Part shown: positions 38,513-47,477 of the stretch, piece after piece
Numbering within the stretch: the first letter of the stretch is position 1
How the letters are laid out: each line of letters opens with the position of its first letter
NCBI GenBank assembly: GCA_052173475.1
Contig: JBQMYN010000002.1
Location: forward strand, 9,406 to 73,405
Source: Treponema sp.
Lineage (GTDB): Bacteria > Spirochaetota > Spirochaetia > Treponematales > Treponemataceae
Length of the DNA stretch: 64,000 bases
Direction: 5' to 3'
Notes under the pieces: model-generated
What the model was told of the DNA's origin: nothing
What the model saw: only the letters and a program-made list of their open reading frames with translations
Databases searched by the model: none
Program-made: the position numbers and the translations under genes

Positions 38513-40537
38513 TTAATTTTTATTCTGTTGATTAAAGCTATTAATAACATCGGATTGTTTTTGCAGTTTTCTTAAGGAACCATCCATTATACCGTACTTT
38601 TGTTTTAGTTCAGCTTCTTTTTTTTCAAGTTGTTTATCATATCGCTCGATTTTTGTTTTGCTTGCTTTAATTTCTGCTGTGAGCGTATTGGTATAGGTAG
38701 AAAAAATGCCGCCCCGTTGAATATACGGATCAATTTGAGAGAAAAGCTGGAACGCAACCCCATCATCAACAAGAACATCATTATTTGTATCATAGCCGAA
38801 CAGATACCGGACATCCTGCATAGAATTTTCTAATGCAGCATCAAGTTTTTTTTCATCAATTTCTAAATACCCGCGCAGCCGCGCTTCATTCATGCCGCTT
38901 GCAGTATCGGATTTTGTTGAAATACCGATTTCAATGAGACTTCGAATGTGTGTGTCATCATTTTTCCGGTATACACCGCTGATAATTTGCCGTAGTTTAT
39001 TTTTAAAACCAGCAAGCGTTGTGTTGCCGAAAAGTGTGCCGAGATTTTCTTGTGCAGCTTTCCGTTCTTCATCGGTAAAGTAGGTAATTTCATCAATGAC
39101 TGCTGACTGCTTATTGGTAACAATATTAATTTCTGCAAGCAGCCGGTTGTATTTTGCGACTAACTCGATTATTGCATTTTTTGCCGCTTCTGTATCAGGT
39201 TTTATATCAATCGTTTCTTTTTTATCGGTTTTATCATGCAAATGGAGTGTAATACCCGGAATAAGGTCATCAACATCATTTTTTTCCCGTTTTACGGAAA
39301 TGCCTTCAAACGTAAAGGCTGCATCTTGAGCCTGTGATACCGGTGATACTGGTATGTAGTCGCCTGTCGCCCGTGGATCAAAAATCTTTATATTACTAAT
39401 TTGAATAGTTTTACCGCTGTTATTATTATGCAGCTGCAATCCTCGAATATCGCCATACTCCCCCAATGGTATGCTGAATGTTTGCATTTCAGGCGTATTT
39501 TCCAATGAGGCAAGCGGAATAAGTGCTCCGGCGGTAGTCATAAGCGATACTGCATTGTAGTCTTCCCGTGCAGGCTGCGGTATAATCGATATTACAGGGG
39601 CTTTAGAAGTCGCTGCAGGGGCTGCCGCAGGCAATATACCGGCATCGCTTGGGGCATTTTGCAAACTTATTCCGCTATAGGTAAGCACGCCGAGCTGTTC
39701 TTTGATTGCAGCGGGATCCTCACTATACGCCGCTGCTTCTGCTTCGTATTGTATGCCGGGCGGCATTTCCGCTTGAGACTCCTGTATGGGGCTATCAATA
39801 ATAGTCGCCGAATACTGCAAAACATACTGCATTTCTGCATGAACCGGCTGTGCAAACATAATGCTTTCAGATGAGAGGGGTTGCATTTCTGTATGATCTT
39901 TTGAGGTTTGCATCGCAACGCCGTCATTTTCTTTTATCAGTTCATTTTCAAGTGCGAAAGAGAGGGCATCATCAGAAAAAGTAAGTTTATGAGCCTCACC
40001 GGTTATCTGTGATTCAAATAACAGCGCAGAGGCTTGTTTCCCTGTTTTTATTTCCGATATATGCAGGATATTCTTTCCTTTTTTGTTAATAAGATTAACA
40101 AAATTTTTATATTTGCCGCCGCTCCAATGTACAGAAATATTTTTTTCCCCTACGGTAAATGTATAGCTGCCGGCAGGAACTTGATAATCTTTTGGTATTT
40201 CTTTAGAAAGAAACGAATCTGCAGCAGCAATTTGGTTAATGGTAATTTTAAAATTTTGTTCGCGGGCATCTCTCGTCGCTGTCGCAGTTAGTGCTCGTTC
40301 ATTTGAGGTTTCAACCAGTTTTTCGACAAAAGGATTATTAAATGAGTAAAGCTCCCGTGTTTTATCGCGTATTTCAGATGAGAAATGATTAAGTTTCCGC
40401 CATATTTCGTTCTGTTGCTCGTATTTCTTTAGATCCTCTGCGGCAGTATCACGCGGTATGCGTTCTTTTTTTATGAGTGCTTCAATTAATTTATCATATT
40501 TTCCGGCACCAATACCGGGAACATTCATATCCGACAC
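38513..40537 (-). CDS. fliD: Flagellar filament capping protein FliD
   Basis: FliD N-terminus (LIEALIKKERIP), AQDAAFTFEGISVKREKNDVDDLIPGITLHL, GYLEIDEKKL; next to the flagellins. Confidence 0.95.
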   Translation of the reverse strand: MSDMNVPGIGAGKYDKLIEALIKKERIPRDTAAEDLKKYEQQNEIWRKLNHFSSEIRDKTRELYSFNNPFVEKLVETSNERALTATATRDAREQNFKITINQIAAADSFLSKEIPKDYQVPAGSYTFTVGEKNISVHWSGGKYKNFVNLINKKGKNILHISEIKTGKQASALLFESQITGEAHKLTFSDDALSFALENELIKENDGVAMQTSKDHTEMQPLSSESIMFAQPVHAEMQYVLQYSATIIDSPIQESQAEMPPGIQYEAEAAAYSEDPAAIKEQLGVLTYSGISLQNAPSDAGILPAAAPAATSKAPVISIIPQPAREDYNAVSLMTTAGALIPLASLENTPEMQTFSIPLGEYGDIRGLQLHNNNSGKTIQISNIKIFDPRATGDYIPVSPVSQAQDAAFTFEGISVKREKNDVDDLIPGITLHLHDKTDKKETIDIKPDTEAAKNAIIELVAKYNRLLAEINIVTNKQSAVIDEITYFTDEERKAAQENLGTLFGNTTLAGFKNKLRQIISGVYRKNDDTHIRSLIEIGISTKSDTASGMNEARLRGYLEIDEKKLDAALENSMQDVRYLFGYDTNNDVLVDDGVAFQLFSQIDPYIQRGGIFSTYTNTLTAEIKASKTKIERYDKQLEKKEAELKQKYGIMDGSLRKLQKQSDVINSFNQQNKN

Positions 40538-40553
40538 AACAACCTCTTATAGT

Positions 40554-40710
40554 GAACCTCTAAAAACTTTAGTTTTTTAGAGGTTTACCTTAGATGTAAT
40601 TTGCGACATTTTTAACAAGTCATTGGTATAAAAATACTTGTTAAAAACTCGTTATCAGCTTTGCTGATGGAGCATCTCTAAAAATCTAACTAAGTTTTTA
40701 GAGATACCCT
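40554..40710 (+). repeat. Composite palindromic repeat element, family A (full, about 157 bp)
   Basis: Four hairpins, collinear with 59461-59621. Confidence 0.9.
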
Positions 40711-40865
40711 ATACTAAAATCGGCAATTTTTATAAATTTCTGAAATAGACCTGTTCGAAAACAGTGCTATCGAGCATATCTTATATTTGTAGAGAAAATA
40801 GTGAAACAGTGTTCGGTATTAGTAATGCTCCTTGTATTCATAGTGCTGCAATACGGATATACTAA

Positions 40866-40998
40866 GCCTGTTCAGAAACTTCTGTTTGGGAACAGGGTAC
40901 CTCGAAATGCGATGTTCAAAATAGTACAAGCAAAAGCGGTATTATGTGCGGTTTTGAACTCGCCGGCTAGTTTAACAACAAAGTTATCAAACTGGACT
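40866..40998 (+). repeat. Composite palindromic repeat element, family B
   Basis: Collinear with 23091-23209. Confidence 0.8.
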
Positions 40999-40999
40999 T

Positions 41000-41361
41000 C
41001 TATGCCTTTTTATCAACCAAAATACCGTATGATTTTTTCAGTGCATATAGAAAATCTTGTGCAGCTTCTGACGGAATCTGCTTTATAACCTTATCGGTTG
41101 CTGTATCTACAACCTTTATAATAATTTTTTCCAATTTAGTATCTACCGTAAAATGAAGATGCATATCAAACATACGGGAAATTTTTTTTCCATTTGGGCA
41201 ATCGCTTCATCAAGGGTTTCGGGTGGATGTAATATGCTGCCCTGTGTGCCGGAAAGAGGCAACGATTGTCTTTCAATGTTTTTCAGTGGATAGCTCGCTG
41301 CTTTTTCACTGCGTTCTCCTATTGCAGTGAGCTTAACTGCATGGACTGTATCTATAATCAT
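41000..41361 (-). pseudogene. flaG: Flagellar protein FlaG, frameshifted at an A8 run
   Basis: GAGGAGG RBS and ATG 41361. After the A8 run (41182-41189) a shifted frame gives ISRMFDMHLHFTVDTKLEKIIIKVVDTATDKVIKQIPSE...GILVDKKA*, a typical FlaG domain. Lies between flaB and fliD. Confidence 0.88.
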
Positions 41362-41532
41362 TTTCCACCTCCTCAGACTGGAAAAGGTATAATCGATACT
41401 ACGCAACTAAAATACATCAAATAAACCTAGAATGGAGCTGCCGCACAAGTTGGTTACTTATGCCATCCTCATCATTTCCTGACAGAAAAAGCCGATAGAC
41501 TTTCAGTCGTTGGATAGCCCCACGTTTATTAT

Positions 41533-41570
41533 AAAAAAAAGAAGAAGAAGGGCGCATCTTCTTCTTCTTT
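41533..41570 (-). terminator. Intrinsic terminator after flaB3
   Basis: 13-bp stem AAAGAAGAAGAAG/CTTCTTCTTCTTT with a 7-nt loop, followed by a U-tract on the minus strand. Confidence 0.75.
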
Positions 41571-41665
41571 ACATTACCGGAAAAGAGACAACATCCAGTA
41601 TTCTCTTTATAAAGCAGCATCTGTTGATATGCTCTTTATGTTCCGGTACTCAGCTGATATTCTTA

Positions 41666-42523
41666 CTACTGTAGTAAGCGGACAACTGATTGTGTTGAAG
41701 CATTTGCGTGAGCAAGCATTGCAGTACCTGATTGTTGTAAAATCTGGTCTTTGGTATATTCAACCATCTGCTTTGCCATATCGCTATCGCGAATGCGTGA
41801 TTCGGAAGCCTGCAAGTTTTCAGCAGCAATAGTAATACCATTATATGCCTGTTCAAAGCGGTTTTGATATGCACCGAGATCTGCACGCTGCTTACTGATC
41901 TGCTTCAGTGCATTGTCGATTGTGCTGAGTGCCATATTTGCGCTTTCAACTGATGACAATGAAAGGCCATCGCCTTCGCCGCCTTGTGAGCCGCCTAATA
42001 CACCAAGAGCTGCTGCGGTCATTGTTCCAACAAAGACTTTTTCAGCCTGATCCATATTAGCACCGATATGAAGCTGCATTGCTCCAGTAGTAGAATCTTG
42101 TGCAAAGCGTCCTGTAAGTATATTCATACCATTGAACTGAGCATGACTTGCAATGCGGTCAATTTCATCGACAAGCTGAGATACTTCTACTTGAATTTGC
42201 ATCCGGTCTTCAGCAGCGTATATACCGTTTGCAGATTGTACGGCAAGTTCGCGCAAACGCTGCATAATGTCGGTTGTTTCCTGTAAATATCCTTCTGTTG
42301 CTTGGATAAAGGAAATTCCGTTTTGAATGTTTTGACCTGCCTGATTCAAACCGCGAATCTGACTTCTCATTTTTTCAGACACTGCAAGACCGGAAGCATC
42401 ATCACCTGCACGGTTAATACGCATACCGCTTGAAAGTTTTTCGATGTCTTTTGCAATTCCGGTATTTACAACACCTGTTTGGCGCTGTGTATACATTGCG
42501 CTCATGTTATGGTTAATAATCAT
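41666..42523 (-). CDS. flaB: Flagellin (periplasmic flagellar core protein), FlaB3 by synteny
   Basis: [52 protein letters not shown]. Confidence 0.98.
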   Translation of the reverse strand: MIINHNMSAMYTQRQTGVVNTGIAKDIEKLSSGMRINRAGDDASGLAVSEKMRSQIRGLNQAGQNIQNGISFIQATEGYLQETTDIMQRLRELAVQSANGIYAAEDRMQIQVEVSQLVDEIDRIASHAQFNGMNILTGRFAQDSTTGAMQLHIGANMDQAEKVFVGTMTAAALGVLGGSQGGEGDGLSLSSVESANMALSTIDNALKQISKQRADLGAYQNRFEQAYNGITIAAENLQASESRIRDSDMAKQMVEYTKDQILQQSGTAMLAHANASTQSVVRLLQ

Positions 42524-42972
42524 AATAACCCTCCTTGAAGTAAAGTCCAGCGTCCATGCTGAACTTGTTACTGTATGAAAGTGCAGGGAAAATTGGTTGC
42601 GCCTTTTTCCATTTACTTACTCTACAGTATTATTGATTTCCGTAAAACAAAATATGGAAATCAATAATACTGCAACACAGCACTCCGTAGGAGCGTATCT
42701 TTCAAAGAACAGGGTATACCCCAAAAGCTATTACTTTCGGGACACCGACATCAGCAAAGCTGATAATATCGCATCTAAAGCTTAAGGAAACAGGTGAGCA
42801 AAGCTCACCATCAAAAACTGTTTCGCAATCCGCTTGAGCGGATATAATCAATCATTTCCTTACAGAAAAAGCCGATAGGCTTTCAGTTTTTGACAGCCCC
42901 ATTTCCATCAGCTTTGCCGATAAACAGCAAAACTGATAATAAGTTTTAAACGTAAACCAATCTCAGGGAGTC

Positions 42973-43092
42973 GACCTGTCCGATACCTGCGTTGCGAATA
43001 GACCAACAAGTTCTAAATCGCACGAATAGTACGATTTAGGGCATCACATTTCAAGGTACCCTGTTCCGAACCGGAAAGTTCCGAACAGGTTT
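42973..43092 (-). repeat. Composite palindromic repeat element, family B (reverse), in a larger repeat cluster at 42710-43092
   Basis: Its reverse complement is collinear with 23091-23209. Neighbouring modules ATCAGCAAAGCTGAT, GGTGAGCAAAGCTCACC and AAAGCCGATAGGCTTT. Confidence 0.8.
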
Positions 43093-43150
43093 AGCAAACT
43101 GTGCTGCCTCGCTATCCATGATAAAGGTTTAAAAATAAATATGCACTATA

Positions 43151-43191
43151 CCAAGCCTGTTAAAATTATGCGAATACTATAACAGGCTTGG
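43151..43191 (-). terminator. Hairpin immediately after flaB1
   Basis: 12-bp IR CCAAGCCTGTTA/TAACAGGCTTGG; weak U-tract. Confidence 0.5.
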
Positions 43192-43202
43192 ATTCTAAAA
43201 AA

Positions 43203-44063
43203 CTAGCGCAATAAAGTCATTACAGACTGTGTTGCAGAGTTTGCCTGTGCAAGCATTGCTGTACCTGACTGTGTTAAAATTTGGTCACGGGTATATGCAA
43301 CCATTTGTTTAGCCATATCTGCATCGCGGATGCGTGATTCAGAGGCCTGCATATTTTCCGCACTATTATTGATACCTGCAACAGTAACTTCTAACCGGTT
43401 TTGATATGCGCCAAGATCAGCACGCTGCTTGTTGATTTTATTAAGTGCTGCATCAAGGGTTGCAATATTGCGGTTTGCATCTTCGCCTGTTGCGAGCGAC
43501 ATTACAGTACCATCGGTAAGATCCCGCACACCCAGTGCTGATGCTGTCATTGTTCCAATAAAAATCTGTATGCGCTGATCCATGTTTGCGCCGATGTGCA
43601 GCCACATAGATGCTGTAACAGCATTTTCACCTTCAGCACGTGCAAAACGCCCTGTAAGCATATTCATGCCATTGAACTGTGCAGCACTTGCAATGCGGTC
43701 AACTTCTGCAATAAGCTGAGATACTTCAACTTGAATTTGCATACGGTCTTCGGCAGAGTAAATTCCGTTAGAGGACTGTACAGCCAATTCTCTCAAACGC
43801 TGTACAATGTCTGTTGTTTCTTGCAGATAGCCTTCTGCAACTTGGATAAAATTGATACCGTTAGAGGCATTGGCAGAAGCTTGGTTAAGTCCGCGGATTT
43901 GGGAACGCATTTTTTCGGAAACGGCAAGACCGGAAGCATCGTCTCCTGCGCGGTTGATGCGCATACCTGAAGATAACTTTTCAATATCTTTACCGGTGCT
44001 TACATTGGTAATTCCTACTGAACGCTGTGCAAACATTGCACTCATGTTGTGATTAATAATCAT
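43203..44063 (-). CDS. flaB: Flagellin (periplasmic flagellar core protein), FlaB1 by synteny
   Basis: [15 protein letters not shown] from ATG 44063 with a GGAGG RBS; flagellin N- and C-terminal motifs. Confidence 0.98.
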   Translation of the reverse strand: MIINHNMSAMFAQRSVGITNVSTGKDIEKLSSGMRINRAGDDASGLAVSEKMRSQIRGLNQASANASNGINFIQVAEGYLQETTDIVQRLRELAVQSSNGIYSAEDRMQIQVEVSQLIAEVDRIASAAQFNGMNMLTGRFARAEGENAVTASMWLHIGANMDQRIQIFIGTMTASALGVRDLTDGTVMSLATGEDANRNIATLDAALNKINKQRADLGAYQNRLEVTVAGINNSAENMQASESRIRDADMAKQMVAYTRDQILTQSGTAMLAQANSATQSVMTLLR

Positions 44064-44137
44064 TGTATTCCTCCATGGAATATAAATATGGTAAAAAGCA
44101 TCCGTGCTTTTAGGAGTATAAAATAACTCCATACCTA

Positions 44138-44165
44138 TTATCGGAGGAAGTTGTAAAAAACTTTA
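44138..44165 (-). promoter_or_regulatory. sigma28 (FliA)-type promoter of flaB1
   Basis: TAAA-16 nt-TCCGATAA, with TAAAGTTT at -35. Confidence 0.75.
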
Positions 44166-44490
44166 GCACAATATCATATTTTTTTAAATTTTTAATTTAA
44201 GATATTTCGGTTGAAATCATTACAGGCATCATGGAAATGCAATGTCATGGCAAAAAGCCAGTTACTTATGCTGCCGGCATACCATACTCAGTATCAGCTT
44301 TGCTGACAGAGCATCTGCTAAAAATCTATATCTGAGTTTTTAGAGATACCCTAATGGCTGTCAGAATATCCGCGGATGGCAATGCTCAGGAATGAATGTC
44401 TGTATTCATACCTGAACATTGCTCCCTGTCAGTACCGCGATGTTTCGGCGCTGTCTAAACTTGTCGATGAAAGAGAGTTAGCACCTATTG

Positions 44491-46164
44491 CTAAAAATCT
44501 TTACCGTGTTCCAGTGCTAAGGTCGCAGTAATACTGTCTGCAAGCGCAGGATCGCCTGCATACTGGATAGGTCCCGGGTAGGTATAGGCTACCGATTCTG
44601 CCCATATACTGCGTTTGGAAGCAAATGTCTTAAATGGTACGCCCTGTAAATCTACAATTGCCTTTTTAATTACCGGTTTTTCTTTACCTGCTCTTATTTC
44701 GAGCGTCATCAAACTGGTAATTGGAATGCCGCAAGGCTGCCATTCAGCAACAGGAGCGGTTACATTGCATACCGACGCAATATAACCGGTGAGTTTGCCG
44801 GCGGCAAGTATACAGGCTGTGTATCCAAGTGCATAGCAGTAATCAGAATCGAAGTTAGATGGAAACTCTGCCCGTCCTTCATAGCCGAAAAAGTAGGATT
44901 GTGTTGCAAATTTACCGGTGTATGCGCCTTCTTCCTTCATTTTTGCTAAGGTTTGTTCAACAAGTCCGATAATAAGGTCTTCTGTTTTGATCATAGATAC
45001 CACTAAGTTTCCATGTTCATCTCTATCGCGTAAAAAACCTGCCGCTACTTTTTCCGGCATTGATTTAAACAGTGCTGCCGATTCTGGAGAAAGCGATTTT
45101 TCTATCCATCGGGTTTGTTCTTCAAAGGTTTTCAACATATTAAATGATGCTGCATCGCGGACAAGCGCGGTATTCAGTTCATGGATAAATGGCTTCATTT
45201 CAGGGATAAATTCGATAATACCTTCGGGAATAAGTACAACGCCGAAGTTTTCACCTTTTTCTGCCCGTTTGGCAATAGTGTCTGCAATGGATGTAATAAT
45301 TTCCGCAAGCGTAAGTTTTTTGGCAGCAATCTCTTCCCCGATCAATGCAATATTGGGCTGAGTTTGAAGGGCGCACTCCAAGGTAATATGGCTTGCGTGC
45401 CGTCCCATCAATTTTATAAAGTGCCAGTATTTTTTTGCAGAAACCGCATCACGCTGAATATTTCCAATCAAATTTGCGTATACTTTTGAAGCAGTGTCGA
45501 AACCGAATGAAGTTTCAATTTTCTCTGATTTTAAATCACCGTCGATAGTTTTTGGTACTCCGATAACCGAGGTTTTAATATGATTCTGCGCAAAGTATTC
45601 GGATAGGACTGCTGCATTTGTGTTTGAATCGTCTCCGCCGATAATTACAACGGCATCTAATTTGAGTGTTTGTATTGTTTGTGCAGCGGCTGCCATTTGT
45701 TCATCTGTTTCAATTTTTGTTCTGCCTGAGCCTATCATATCAAAACCGCCGGTGTTACGGTATAACGCAATTGTTTCTGCGGTAATTTCACAGTATTGGC
45801 TGCTCACCAAGCCCTGCGGTCCGTCCAAAAAGCCGAACAACTGCGATTCAGTATGTAATTTTTTTAGTGCGTCATATAAGCCGGCAATAACATTATGCCC
45901 TCCGGGGGCTTGTCCCCCTGACAATACTGCTGCGATGCGAAGCGGTTGCGGAGGAATCTCTGTTCCGGTTGCGGTTTCATTTGCTGTAAAGTTGATAAAC
46001 GGATTGGCGAATGTACACGGGAAAAAACTTTTGATTGGAGCCGCAGTTTCTCCCGCGTGCGCTGCTTTTTTTTCAACTTTTATATGCTCAAATGATTCCG
46101 CAAAGACTTTTGGTAAACGCGGTACATATCCATACCGTATTTTTTGTAATGATGAAATTTTCAT
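44491..46164 (-). CDS. pfp: Pyrophosphate-dependent phosphofructokinase
   Basis: LSGGQAPGGHNVIAG, GGFDMIGSGRTKI, GGDDSNTNA, PKTIDGDL, FFGYEGR. Confidence 0.96.
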   Translation of the reverse strand: MKISSLQKIRYGYVPRLPKVFAESFEHIKVEKKAAHAGETAAPIKSFFPCTFANPFINFTANETATGTEIPPQPLRIAAVLSGGQAPGGHNVIAGLYDALKKLHTESQLFGFLDGPQGLVSSQYCEITAETIALYRNTGGFDMIGSGRTKIETDEQMAAAAQTIQTLKLDAVVIIGGDDSNTNAAVLSEYFAQNHIKTSVIGVPKTIDGDLKSEKIETSFGFDTASKVYANLIGNIQRDAVSAKKYWHFIKLMGRHASHITLECALQTQPNIALIGEEIAAKKLTLAEIITSIADTIAKRAEKGENFGVVLIPEGIIEFIPEMKPFIHELNTALVRDAASFNMLKTFEEQTRWIEKSLSPESAALFKSMPEKVAAGFLRDRDEHGNLVVSMIKTEDLIIGLVEQTLAKMKEEGAYTGKFATQSYFFGYEGRAEFPSNFDSDYCYALGYTACILAAGKLTGYIASVCNVTAPVAEWQPCGIPITSLMTLEIRAGKEKPVIKKAIVDLQGVPFKTFASKRSIWAESVAYTYPGPIQYAGDPALADSITATLALEHGKDF

Positions 46165-46248
46165 ATATACCTCCCATAGAAAGTAAAGAATAAAGGGCAT
46201 CTGAAAAAACTCAGGTATCGCTTTAGTAGATGCTTCATTTAGTATGCT

Positions 46249-46749
46249 TTAAGTAGCATGCTTTAAGTAGCATGCTTTAAGCTGCTGCAAGGTGGATTTC
46301 GTAAATGTATCACCTGTTTTAATGCCCGCACGCTGAAAAAAGCCTTGCGGAACTTCAAGCGCATAGCGCACCGAATGGATGCTGGCAATTGTTTCCAAGC
46401 TGAATGGTTGCATATCATATATTTCGCGTATAGAACCGTTAGAATCAATAAATGCAATAGACAGCGGGCAGGGCGTGTCTTTCATCCAAAAGTATAAGCG
46501 GGAATCTGTATTATATACAAACAGCATACCGGAGCCGTCGGGTATATGCTTGCGGTGCATAAAGCCTCGCTGCTGCTGCTCTTTGGTGAGCGCAAGCTCG
46601 GCGGAAATCCGTACCGGTGCTGCGTTCCGTACTGCTATCTCTAATTCAGTCAGCGCGGCGTGTGTTGTACATGATGCCGTTTCAGTCAGCATACATAAAA
46701 TAAAACCGGCTATAGTGCAACATTGCATTATTGTATGGCGGGCTGTCAT
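46249..46749 (-). CDS. DUF192 family protein
   Basis: AELA...QQRGFMHR..GMLFVY..FWMKDTPCPLSIAFID..YALEVPQG. Confidence 0.9.
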   Translation of the reverse strand: MTARHTIMQCCTIAGFILCMLTETASCTTHAALTELEIAVRNAAPVRISAELALTKEQQQRGFMHRKHIPDGSGMLFVYNTDSRLYFWMKDTPCPLSIAFIDSNGSIREIYDMQPFSLETIASIHSVRYALEVPQGFFQRAGIKTGDTFTKSTLQQLKACYLKHAT

Positions 46750-46758
46750 ATTGATACA

Positions 46759-47367
46759 TTAAAAACTGTCGATAAAATCGTTACGCCGTGTTTCGGAATA
46801 GACTTCTGCTTTTTCCGTTTTTGACAGCAGCTCATTAAATACGGTTAAATCAATATATTTTATGATAAGCGGGCGTTCAATAACCACTCGTATTTTCTCA
46901 TCTTCCCAAATTGCCCGCTGGGGATTGATGAGCATCGGCTCGCCATATTTTCCGCAAAATTTTGAGTATACTGAATAATAGTCTACTGCATCGGTATTCA
47001 GTTTGAAAATCATTGTATAGAGATTACTGTCATAAAATTGAAACCATGAGCGGCTAATAAATAAAGAGCCGCTTGTTTCGATTAAACTGCGGTTTTCAGT
47101 GGGTAATAACGATATATCACGTTCACCGCGGTAACCGAATAGGCTGTCTTTTTTCAGAAGCTCTTTTACCGTATCAATCGGCATACCGAGCTGTACACCC
47201 CGGTATTCCGACGGTAATGGAGCAAATGCTGCTTTCCCACCGGATTCTTGAGAGGCTGCCGGTTGTTGTTCTGCCGGCGGCATTGCTGTTTGTTTGCCGG
47301 CATCGGATGTTTGCCCGTAAAGCAGGGCAGCACTTATGAGTAAACAAAATACTACAAAATGTTTCAT
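46759..47367 (-). CDS. Exported hypothetical protein
   Basis: AAGGAG RBS; signal peptide MKHFVVFCLLISAALLYG. Confidence 0.7.
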   Translation of the reverse strand: MKHFVVFCLLISAALLYGQTSDAGKQTAMPPAEQQPAASQESGGKAAFAPLPSEYRGVQLGMPIDTVKELLKKDSLFGYRGERDISLLPTENRSLIETSGSLFISRSWFQFYDSNLYTMIFKLNTDAVDYYSVYSKFCGKYGEPMLINPQRAIWEDEKIRVVIERPLIIKYIDLTVFNELLSKTEKAEVYSETRRNDFIDSF

Positions 47368-47419
47368 TTGTATTGCTCCTTTCTTTGTTAAAGACAAATA
47401 CACGGTCTCTTAGCTAAGA

Positions 47420-47459
47420 GGGTACCTCTAAAAATCTAATCGAGTTTTTAGAGGTGCCC
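47420..47459. repeat. Family A hairpin
   Basis: GGGTACCTCTAAAAA...TTTTTAGAGGTGCCC. Confidence 0.8.
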
Positions 47460-47477
47460 AATACTGTGTTATCGCTT

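Noticed and set aside
40801..41088. 95-aa plus-strand ORF between fliD and flaG
   Set aside because: It reads through a family B repeat and the antisense of the flaG 3' half, so it is likely spurious.
44379..44422. 19-bp imperfect inverted repeat downstream of pfp
   Set aside because: Single copy in the window; most simply a terminator or stability hairpin.
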